A model generated the notes under the pieces. The model ran no database searches. It saw only the letters and a program-made list of their open reading frames with translations, and was not told the DNA's origin. From the sequence record MN018232.1: DNA of 64,000 bases; one strand, given 5' to 3'. Shown here in pieces: positions 55,829 through 62,959 of this stretch. Each line of letters opens with the position of its first letter. The stretch's first letter is position 1. The translations under genes were made by a program, and so were the position numbers.

Positions 55829-56221
55829 TCAGACTTGTTCTTCAAGAACATTCAGGTTGATAGACACAGAGTTGTGCATGATATCTGCATCGTTCTCACC
55901 AGTGAAAACGAAACCTGCACCACCCATATCAGCGGCAAACTGATAGATCTCATCAAAAGGTTGTGCAAACTTCTCAGCAATCTGTTGATAGAAGTTACCA
56001 AGGTATCCAGTGAAACGAATACAACGACGAACAAAGGTCACATCACGCAGGTCACCCTGAATGAATTCATTTGCTTCAGTCTCAGAATACTCTGGTCGTT
56101 TCAGGTCAACACCACGAACCCAGTACCCTTCTGACCGTAATCGTTTCACCATGTGACTACCAATGAAACCACCTGCACCGAGAACCAGTGCAGTCTTCTT
56201 ATACTCAGTCATAACATCCAT
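55829..56221 (-). pseudogene. Truncated NAD-dependent sugar epimerase (GDP-mannose 3,5-epimerase-like), N-terminal fragment only
   Basis: GAGGFIGSH Rossmann motif and FAADMGGAGF; stops at 130 aa before the SSAC and YxxxK catalytic region; I found no continuation in other frames. Confidence 0.85.
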
Positions 56222-56250
56222 GAATTACTTACTATGTATTCTTAAAAAAG

Positions 56251-57081
56251 TCAGTACACTTTACACATCATATCAAGTCCTGTGTCGATGTCAAGTTTAG
56301 GAACAAACCCTAAAGAATTTAACTTATCGACATTCATTGTGAAGTTCTTGATCTGTAGATAGTCCTGATCCTCAGGAAAAGGAACGTCAATGATCTCACT
56401 TGTACTACCTACCTTCTCCTTACAATATTCAATGATCTCCCTGAATGATCGTGACACACCAGTTCCGATGTTATAGATCTCATTTGGTTTACCAAAGACC
56501 ATCAACTCATCCATAGCTCTACATACATCATCGACATACATGTAGTCTTTCTGATAGTCACCACCACCATACAGTTTGATAGGGTCATTGTTCTTAAGAC
56601 AACGAATCATATATCCAAGAACATTCTTTCCTGGTGTCACTGTAGGGTCAATACCAAAGACATTACCAATCCTAAAGATACGATAATCAATACCAAAAGT
56701 CTTGCAGTATGAAATGACTAATGACTCTGCACATCTCTTAGTGATTGAATAGAACCCTGTTGGATTGCAGGGGTCATCTTCCCTTGCATCGATGATGTCA
56801 TTGTCATAAACGAAACCAGAACTGACAAAGTTGAACACAGTATCTGTTCTCTTACAATGTGATAACACCTCAGTCAGAATCTTCAGATTGGTATCGATGT
56901 CAACCTGAAGATCTTTAAAGACATTCTGATTACTTGTTGTACTAATCAAGTACAGGATATCAGAGGATTCAGGGTGTCTCTGGCCACGGGGGATAGGAAT
57001 ATTATCAGGGTACATTCGACAGTAATTACTACCGATATAACCTGATGCACCAAATACAGATAGATTAATCATATTTCTCAC
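56251..57081 (-). CDS. NAD-dependent epimerase/dehydratase (WcaG-like extended SDR)
   Basis: GASGYIGS, SSGFVY, YSITK (YxxxK), R..NVFG, YNIGTG. Confidence 0.9.
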   Translation of the reverse strand: MRNMINLSVFGASGYIGSNYCRMYPDNIPIPRGQRHPESSDILYLISTTSNQNVFKDLQVDIDTNLKILTEVLSHCKRTDTVFNFVSSGFVYDNDIIDAREDDPCNPTGFYSITKRCAESLVISYCKTFGIDYRIFRIGNVFGIDPTVTPGKNVLGYMIRCLKNNDPIKLYGGGDYQKDYMYVDDVCRAMDELMVFGKPNEIYNIGTGVSRSFREIIEYCKEKVGSTSEIIDVPFPEDQDYLQIKNFTMNVDKLNSLGFVPKLDIDTGLDMMCKVY

Positions 57082-57610
57082 ACTCCTCTAAGGTCTTACC
57101 ACGTTTATCTTTCTCAGACAAAATAGGATATGGAACATTCCATTCAATATCTAGAGCAGGATCATTCCACAGAAGAGTTCGATCATACTCCTTGTAGTAA
57201 TACTCTGTTGTCTTGTATGAGACATGTGCACGGTCACTCTTGACAACAAACCCATGTGCAAATCCCTCAGGAACCCACAACATCAATTCAGGTCTGTTCA
57301 AATCAATCTTATAGTGTTCACCAAAAGTATTTGATGTCAATCGAAGATCGACGATAACATCTGTGATCCAACCTTTTACACACCTTACAAGTTTTCCTTG
57401 TGGTTTCTCAACCTGATAGTGAAGACCACGAAGAACATTCGCCGTAGAGGAAGAGTGATTGTCTTGAACAAATTCTACATCCAATCCAACCTCACTAAAG
57501 TCCCTTTTGTTGTATGACTCAATGAAGTAACCACGATCATCAAAGTGTCGTGGTTGTTCGATGATGTATGCACCATCGAGAGGTGTATTAATGATTTTCA
57601 TAATGTTCAA
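57065..57610 (-). CDS. rmlC: dTDP-4-dehydrorhamnose 3,5-epimerase
   Basis: DDRGYF.E, QDNHSSS, LRGLHYQ, QGKLVRC, VPEGFAHGF, LSEKD. Confidence 0.95.
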   Translation of the reverse strand: MNIMKIINTPLDGAYIIEQPRHFDDRGYFIESYNKRDFSEVGLDVEFVQDNHSSSTANVLRGLHYQVEKPQGKLVRCVKGWITDVIVDLRLTSNTFGEHYKIDLNRPELMLWVPEGFAHGFVVKSDRAHVSYKTTEYYYKEYDRTLLWNDPALDIEWNVPYPILSEKDKRGKTLEECEKYD

Positions 57611-58505
57611 TCGTCTTTAGGAGTCCTTGATTGATGTCAGTTTTTGGTTTCCAACCAATTTCGGTAGTGATCTTTTGATTTGATGTTGAGTATCTTACAT
57701 CATGTCCTGGTCTGTCAGCAACTAATACAATAGGGTGATCAGGTTTACCCATCAGTGATGTAATACGTTTGACAAGTTCAAGATTAGTCATCTCACACTC
57801 ACCACCGATGTTGTACCTGTCTCCTACATTACCATGGGTCCACAATTCAATCAAGGCATCACAATGATCCTCAACAAAAATCCAATCTCTGACCTGCTGA
57901 CCATCACCATAGACAGGAATGGGCAAATCATTCTTCACATTATGAATGATCTTGGGGATCATCTTCTCATAATGTTGTCTAGGTCCGTAGTTGTTTGAAC
58001 AATTTGTGATCGTTGTGGGTAGACCATAAGTCTTATTGTATGCGTTCACAAAGTGATCACTTGCTGCTTTTGATGCAGAGTATGGATTCCTTGGTTTGTA
58101 TCTTGATTGTTCATTGAAGGAACCTTCAGAGATAGAACCAAATACCTCATCAGTAGAGATGTGCATAAACCTGTTCACCTCCTTCTCTAATGCAAGTTGA
58201 AGAAGATTGACTGTACCAATCACATTGGCTTCAATAAATGGTTTACAGTCCTTGATAGAGTTGTCTACGTGACTCTCTGCAGCAAGATGGAAGATGTCCG
58301 TGAAGGTTTCTTGTTCAAAAAGATATCTGACCGCCTCCTCATCTGCAAGATCAGCCATATAGAGTTCCACATTGTCAGGTACATTGTCCTGACTAGCGGC
58401 ATAGGTAAACTTGTCTACGCATACAAGTCTTTCTTTGAATGGTGCAAGTTGTCTGAGAAGACTACTACCAATGAACCCTGCACCACCAGTAACTAAAATT
58501 GTCAT
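57588..58505 (-). CDS. rmlB: dTDP-glucose 4,6-dehydratase
   Basis: VTGGAGFIGS, HLAAESHVDNSI, HISTDEVFG, PYSASKAASD, NCSNNYGP, RPGHDVRY. Confidence 0.95.
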   Translation of the reverse strand: MTILVTGGAGFIGSSLLRQLAPFKERLVCVDKFTYAASQDNVPDNVELYMADLADEEAVRYLFEQETFTDIFHLAAESHVDNSIKDCKPFIEANVIGTVNLLQLALEKEVNRFMHISTDEVFGSISEGSFNEQSRYKPRNPYSASKAASDHFVNAYNKTYGLPTTITNCSNNYGPRQHYEKMIPKIIHNVKNDLPIPVYGDGQQVRDWIFVEDHCDALIELWTHGNVGDRYNIGGECEMTNLELVKRITSLMGKPDHPIVLVADRPGHDVRYSTSNQKITTEIGWKPKTDINQGLLKTIEHYENH

Positions 58506-59002
58506 TTTTGTTCGTACTTATCAAGGATGGAAGGTGAATATTGTTCAGGTACATCACCCTGAAATTTTTCTATCCTCTTCTTTGTCTCAAGTTCAAACAC
58601 TCTATTTCTTAATTCGGTAGAAGAGTATTTGTGTTGTCTCTTGTGATAATGAATCTCAATATCATTATCAATACAATATTGTTTACCTGTAAAGTCTCTA
58701 TCCTTATACTCCTCACTCAAGAATCGAATGTCGATCCTCTGGGTCTTGATCATATTCAGAAGATCTTCTTCGGTCTCGTAGACCAGAATCTCATCGACGT
58801 ATCTACAACCCTGTACCTGTACATATCTCTCGTACACACTCTGAGTGGGTTTGTTCTTGATACCAGGTCTGTCGATAGTGGGATCAACCTGAAGTGCAAC
58901 AATCAACCAGTCGCATAATTCTTTTTCCATCTTCAACATTGTCACATGTCCAGCATGAAACAAGTCAAAGGAACTACAATTAAAACCAATCTTCATTATC
59001 AA
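58502..59002 (-). CDS. Cytidylyltransferase (TagD/glycerol-3-phosphate cytidylyltransferase-like)
   Basis: FDLFHAGH (HxGH), SSTELR. Confidence 0.85.
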   Translation of the reverse strand: MIMKIGFNCSSFDLFHAGHVTMLKMEKELCDWLIVALQVDPTIDRPGIKNKPTQSVYERYVQVQGCRYVDEILVYETEEDLLNMIKTQRIDIRFLSEEYKDRDFTGKQYCIDNDIEIHYHKRQHKYSSTELRNRVFELETKKRIEKFQGDVPEQYSPSILDKYEQK

Positions 59003-59024
59003 AGATCATAACCACATAGTATGT

Positions 59025-59058
59025 ATTGTATGAAAAAAGGAGCCCTTTGTCAAGACTC
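59025..59058 (-). promoter_or_regulatory. Fused terminator and sigma70 promoter heading the sugar operon
   Basis: GGAGTC-TTGACAAA-GGGCTCC-TTTTTT hairpin; TTGACA-N17-TACAAT. Confidence 0.8.
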
Positions 59059-59631
59059 CTAGAAATTACTTACAATATTAAATGAAATCGTATATCTATG
59101 ATCCTTTACAGGATTCACATAATGTAAAAGTGATGATGGGAATATTAAAACAGACCCCTCTTCATAATCTTTTGTATTGATTGTATGTGCGAGATACGAA
59201 TTTGAATTTGGATTGTAGAAGAAAGTAGTATTTGGTTCTTCCACATGAAGTAAATAAATTCCAGAGAATGAAACATTCTCACCTAGGTGATCATGAACTT
59301 CCTGAAATCCACCAGGTTCATAATAATTAAACCAAATAGATTTACAATTACTTGATTGAGGATATGTTGTTAAAGATTTATCATCAAGTAGTTCACCAAC
59401 CATTTGATCCATAGAATCCCAGATGACACTATCAATAAACTTGGGATCATGTAGGAAATGAAGTCTATAATTGAATGATGTGTATACTTCAGCATTCCAA
59501 GATCCTACATTATGATACTTCTCTTTATTCTCAAGTTCCGATTTTATTTTGGGTAGTACATCTTCTTTGATTCTTTTATGATTAGGAACATTCCTATGAA
59601 ATAGAAATGGACTTCGAAAATTTTTAATCAT
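59059..59631 (-). CDS. 2OG-Fe(II) oxygenase-like protein
   Basis: WFNYY..GGFQEVHDH (HxH/D), SGIYLL, IFPSSLLHYV.P..R.TISFN; start moved to MIKNF. Confidence 0.8.
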   Translation of the reverse strand: MIKNFRSPFLFHRNVPNHKRIKEDVLPKIKSELENKEKYHNVGSWNAEVYTSFNYRLHFLHDPKFIDSVIWDSMDQMVGELLDDKSLTTYPQSSNCKSIWFNYYEPGGFQEVHDHLGENVSFSGIYLLHVEEPNTTFFYNPNSNSYLAHTINTKDYEEGSVLIFPSSLLHYVNPVKDHRYTISFNIVSNF

Positions 59632-59644
59632 TTTATGAAGATAT

Positions 59645-59671
59645 AAAAAAAGATGGGTGTGACCCATCTTT
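59645..59671 (-). terminator. Intrinsic terminator directly after the structured RNA
   Basis: AAAGATGGG-TCACA-CCCATCTTT followed by further Ts. Confidence 0.85.
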
Positions 59672-59677
59672 GGTACT

Positions 59678-59880
59678 CAGGCTCGCCAAGTTATTTTTAT
59701 CACTGAGTAATAACTAAATCTCAGGCGGGGAGAGATCCCATCCGCACCAACTAATCTTTGGAGAATTAGTAAACTCAGTTGGGTCCAGTGACTCCACCAC
59801 TTAGTTTTACGAACTAAGAAACGCGGGATTGAAGGGGCCTCCCTTCACCGACCAGTGCTGTTATAGTCCCTCCGTGACTC
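59678..59880 (-). ncRNA. Structured RNA, wcaG/manA-class candidate (apparently two related units in tandem)
   Basis: Multiple hairpins flanked by UGGYG words (UUGGUGCGG...UUGGCGAGCC; CUGGUCGG...GUGGUGGAGUC); upstream of WcaG-family epimerase genes; family name from memory, not from a search. Confidence 0.65.
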
Positions 59881-60211
59881 TACCATAATCATCCTGAAGT
59901 CTGATGATATCGTCTTCTCTACAGTCTCCTGACTGAACCTCAAGGAACATAATCCCTTCTGGTCCAGCCTCCATCCTATGAATCATATTCCTAGGAATGT
60001 GGAAATGATTTTCGTGTCCTGCAGGAAATGTATGATTACCAAGAGTGACTCTACCAAACCCAGACAATATAAACCAGAATTCGCTTCTGTTCTTATGTTT
60101 CTGTAGGGACAGTTTCTGGTTGGGAGAGACTTTAATTCTTTTGATGACCCTGAAAGGATTTCTCTCAAGGTCAACATAGAATCCCCATGGTTTATCAACC
60201 ACGTTCATCAA
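59861..60211 (-). CDS. Mannose-6-phosphate isomerase-type cupin (ManC C-terminal-like)
   Basis: KPWG, LSLQKH.NRSEFW, HRM, EVQSG...EDDIIRLQDDYGR. Confidence 0.9.
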   Translation of the reverse strand: MMNVVDKPWGFYVDLERNPFRVIKRIKVSPNQKLSLQKHKNRSEFWFILSGFGRVTLGNHTFPAGHENHFHIPRNMIHRMEAGPEGIMFLEVQSGDCREDDIIRLQDDYGRVTEGL

Positions 60212-60447
60212 AGAGCACCCTTCGAAAGCTTAGAGATATTAAGACCTTCGTTCATTTTCAAAACTCTAACGAGTTCATCGAACTTACCCTCAAGACCAGA
60301 AGGTGCAGCTGCAGGTGCTTCAGCCTTTGCTTGACACGCCGACTTCAACTCAGCTACTGCTTCTTCAAGAGCCTTCAGTCTGCTCTCAACTTCCTGGTCA
60401 TACTGACTCATGTATGCACCAGTAGAGGATGTTCTTTTCGTTGCCAT
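60208..60447 (-). CDS. Small coiled-coil hypothetical protein
   Basis: MSQYDQEVESRLKALE heptads. Confidence 0.6.
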   Translation of the reverse strand: MATKRTSSTGAYMSQYDQEVESRLKALEEAVAELKSACQAKAEAPAAAPSGLEGKFDELVRVLKMNEGLNISKLSKGAL

Positions 60448-60471
60448 AATAGTTATAGATTTAATTCTAAC

Positions 60472-60708
60472 CTATTTATTTGACACCCTGTCTTTGATGT
60501 AACAAGGTACACGATCAGGATCTAACCATTTGGTGTATTCGAAATCTTCCATTGCAGTCAAGAGTTGCATCTGATTGTCTAGAAGATACATGTCACTGTA
60601 ACGTTTAGTCCAACTATCAGCTTTTTGAATACGATAGTCAGGGAACCCATTTTCTAGGGTTCCACATTCAACATAACGATAAGGGAATCTCTCAAGGAGA
60701 ATCTTCAT
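60472..60708 (-). CDS. Small hypothetical protein
   Basis: Likely start MKILLERFPYRYVE with GGAGG RBS. Confidence 0.65.
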   Translation of the reverse strand: MKILLERFPYRYVECGTLENGFPDYRIQKADSWTKRYSDMYLLDNQMQLLTAMEDFEYTKWLDPDRVPCYIKDRVSNK

Positions 60709-60923
60709 CACTCCACCTCTTGAAGTTCCAGGTCCTCCGCCAAACAATCGATGAGAATATCATAGTCGTCAAGAGGGTCACCAGAAAAAGTTACACCGTC
60801 GTTCTCATAAAACTTACGGACCTTTTTGAAAAGTTTCGGATTCTTAACGTCAAGGAAGAAGTCTCCATTCACTGCGGAACGAAGAGTCGTGATGTCTTTT
60901 TTGAACTTAGAAGTGATTGTCAT
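60708..60923 (-). CDS. Small hypothetical protein
   Basis: Likely start MTITSKFKKD; the track's longer start runs through a promoter. Confidence 0.65.
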   Translation of the reverse strand: MTITSKFKKDITTLRSAVNGDFFLDVKNPKLFKKVRKFYENDGVTFSGDPLDDYDILIDCLAEDLELQEVE

Positions 60924-60945
60924 TGTCTTGCGTGTTGACCTTAGT

Positions 60946-60974
60946 AGTATAAGGGTTTTGACCTTGTGAGTCAA
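60946..60974 (-). promoter_or_regulatory. Sigma70-type promoter
   Basis: TTGACT-N17-TATACT. Confidence 0.75.
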
Positions 60975-60998
60975 GAGGACAGTAATTAAACTGTCCAA

Positions 60999-61071
60999 TG
61001 GGGGATGTGGGGATCGAACCCACCTTTCTCCTGTTATGAGCAGGGTGCTTTCACCAGAGAGCTAAACCCCC
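60999..61071 (-). tRNA. tRNA with CAT anticodon (elongator Met or lysidine-type Ile2)
   Basis: Cloverleaf, loop CT-CAT-AA, GGTTCGATCC; G1-C72 so not initiator type; no encoded CCA. Confidence 0.85.
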
Positions 61072-61075
61072 AAGG

Positions 61076-61147
61076 TAGGACTGCTGGGAATTGAACCCAG
61101 GTCACACCGTTATAAGCAGTGGGCCTTAACCGTTAGGCGACAGTCCC
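61076..61147 (-). tRNA. trnI: tRNA-Ile(TAT)
   Basis: GGGACTG acceptor, CACTG-CT-TAT-AA-CGGTG anticodon arm, GGTTCAATTCC. Confidence 0.9.
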
Positions 61148-61320
61148 TAGGGAGCTTCGTTGTTATTATTTGTATACATGTCTATTAAAGGATCATCTGC
61201 TGGTATCATTACTGCAGCAGATCCATTCTCATTAACTATCCCTATATGTTCTCCATCTTCTACTCTTTGTATCAGTTCATCCCATCTCTCTTGAAATTCT
61301 TGCACCGTGAAGACTTCCAT
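61147..61320 (-). CDS. Phd/YefM-like antitoxin-fold protein (57 aa, not in ORF track)
   Basis: MEVFTVQEFQERWDELIQRVEDGEHIGIVNENGSAAVMIPADD matches the Phd pattern (S.SEAK..LSELL..V..GE.V.IT..G...AVL.P); CTAAATA late box upstream. Confidence 0.65.
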   Translation of the reverse strand: MEVFTVQEFQERWDELIQRVEDGEHIGIVNENGSAAVMIPADDPLIDMYTNNNNEAP

Positions 61321-61355
61321 AATTGATAATATTTAGTGGGGGATTGGTTACCCAA

Positions 61356-61429
61356 TCGGAATGACAGGATTCGAACCTGCGACCCCTGCTTCCCAAAAGC
61401 AGTGCTCTACCAAGCTGAGCTACATTCCG
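61356..61429 (-). tRNA. trnP: tRNA-Pro(TGG)
   Basis: CGGAATG acceptor, CTGCT-TT-TGG-GA-AGCAG. Confidence 0.95.
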
Positions 61430-61518
61430 TGGAGGAAGAAGCGAGATTCGAACTCGCGGAGGCTACTAACCTCTCCAGTTTTCAAGACTGGTGCAATCAA
61501 CCACTCTGCCATTCTTCC
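61430..61518 (-). tRNA. trnS: tRNA-Ser(TGA), encoded CCA
   Basis: CCAGT-CT-TGA-AA-ACTGG, long variable arm. Confidence 0.95.
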
Positions 61519-61531
61519 GTGTGTCTTATCT

Positions 61532-61559
61532 ATCATACCACATCTAGTGTGGTTGTCAA
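61532..61559 (-). promoter_or_regulatory. Sigma70-type promoter for the Ser-Pro tRNAs
   Basis: TTGACA-N16-TATGAT with extended TG; -35 overlaps the oxygenase stop codon. Confidence 0.7.
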
Positions 61560-62113
61560 GTATAAGTATATGCGATTGTCATTCTTGGATGTTTACATAA
61601 AACATTGGGAGCAAATCCCATGTGTTCCAAATGTGCGGGGAACAAGACTGCGTCGTTAGGAATGAATGATTGATAAAGATATTCTTTGTCTTCAGTCATA
61701 ACAACAAACTCACCTCCCCATGCACTATTCCAAGAAGGATTCGCAAAAATTAAAAGAGTCCAACTTCCAAATGAACCATCAGTATGAAAGGTAGACTCTT
61801 GACCAAAAAACTGAATGTTGGTATTAACTCTATTTAATGTCAGATTTTGTTTGATAATTTTTTGACATTGATACTTGAGCAGAGAACCATACTTAATCAG
61901 TGTAAGGTTATCACCAATGGTATTGAATTTTGATAATGGTTTCATCAAACATCCCATATTGGGATGGTCTTCCTCATAACTATCGTTCTTGGTGAATCTC
62001 CAGGTATTGTATTTTGAATCCAGTTCGTCGTTCAGTAAAAAGAAATCCTTTGTATCAAGTATGTTCTTAATACGATAGATGTTATCTTTGACTTCAACGA
62101 ACCTCAAAATCAA
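61556..62113 (-). CDS. 2OG-Fe(II) oxygenase (prolyl-hydroxylase-like)
   Basis: FHTDG (HxD), W...WGGEF, VLFPAHLEH, R.TIAY. Confidence 0.85.
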   Translation of the reverse strand: MILRFVEVKDNIYRIKNILDTKDFFLLNDELDSKYNTWRFTKNDSYEEDHPNMGCLMKPLSKFNTIGDNLTLIKYGSLLKYQCQKIIKQNLTLNRVNTNIQFFGQESTFHTDGSFGSWTLLIFANPSWNSAWGGEFVVMTEDKEYLYQSFIPNDAVLFPAHLEHMGFAPNVLCKHPRMTIAYTYT

Positions 62114-62342
62114 GTCTCCTCACTTTTCTTTTTCTCCTCTCTTCCTGATAGGAGAGATCAGAGTTACTAAGGAAACTTTTTGGAATTGTTTCCTTATTGG
62201 ATTCTACCATCACTACTTTAGACAAGTCAACTGCAGTAACCTTGTCTTCAATTACCGTCATCATATTGGGACAACCACAACAATGTGTGTGATGGTCACT
62301 TCGGATTTCTTTGTTACACTGTTTGCATCTTACAGTAATCAT
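62094..62342 (-). CDS. Small zinc-finger hypothetical protein
   Basis: VRCKQC...CCGCPNM. Confidence 0.7.
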   Translation of the reverse strand: MITVRCKQCNKEIRSDHHTHCCGCPNMMTVIEDKVTAVDLSKVVMVESNKETIPKSFLSNSDLSYQEERRKRKVRRLDFEVR

Positions 62343-62364
62343 GGGTCATGTTTGTAATTCGATA

Positions 62365-62436
62365 TGGGAGTTACAAGATTCGAACTTGTGACCAATTGCG
62401 TGTAAAGCAACTGCGCTACCGCTGCGCTAAACTCCC
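62365..62436 (-). tRNA. trnV: tRNA-Val(TAC)
   Basis: GTTGC-TT-TAC-AC-GCAAT anticodon arm. Confidence 0.95.
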
Positions 62437-62442
62437 TCAAGG

Positions 62443-62524
62443 TGGGTGGTCTTGGATTTGAACCAAGGTAGGCAGAGCCAATGGATTTACAGTCCATCTC
62501 CTTTAACCACTCGGACAACCACCC
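62443..62524 (-). tRNA. trnY: tRNA-Tyr(GTA)
   Basis: ATGGA-CT-GTA-AA-TCCAT, long variable arm. Confidence 0.95.
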
Positions 62525-62527
62525 TAA

Positions 62528-62600
62528 CTGACCCACCAGGGCTCGAACCTGGGACAGGCTGATTAACAGTCAGCTGCTCTACCAACTGAGCTATAGGTCA
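62528..62600 (-). tRNA. trnN: tRNA-Asn(GTT)
   Basis: GCTGA-CT-GTT-AA-TCAGC, G73. Confidence 0.95.
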
Positions 62601-62791
62601 TTGGATTTTTCCTCTTTGGCGGTCTTGAAGTAAAGTTTGTAATACCGTTGTTTCATTTCTGAAATGGTATTCATGTCCTCTTCGTACCCCATGTATTTAA
62701 GGAGTTGAAAAGAACCCTCAAGTTCACTGATCAATCTTAACATATTGATTGAAGATCTGTCAAGACCCCCGAACGTATACTCTTTACTCAT
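62591..62791 (-). CDS. Small hypothetical protein (66 aa)
   Basis: Start MSKEYTFGG with AGGAGG RBS; last 10 nt overlap the tRNA-Asn 5' end. Confidence 0.7.
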   Translation of the reverse strand: MSKEYTFGGLDRSSINMLRLISELEGSFQLLKYMGYEEDMNTISEMKQRYYKLYFKTAKEEKSNDL

Positions 62792-62807
62792 AAACCTCCT
62801 AGGAGGA

Positions 62808-62880
62808 TGGAGAATAGGAGACTCGAACTCCTGACAGCCTGCTTGCAAAGCAGGTGCTCTACCAACTGAGCTAATTCCCC
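62808..62880 (-). tRNA. trnA: tRNA-Ala(TGC)
   Basis: G3:U70 identity pair, CCTGC-TT-TGC-AA-GCAGG. Confidence 0.97.
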
Positions 62881-62955
62881 TGGAGCCTCTGACAAGATTT
62901 GAACTTGCGACCTGAGCTTTACAAAAGCCCTGCTCTACCACTGAGCTACGGAGGC
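62881..62955 (-). tRNA. trnT: tRNA-Thr(TGT), encoded CCA
   Basis: GGGCT-TT-TGT-AA-AGCTC. Confidence 0.95.
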
Positions 62956-62959
62956 ATGG

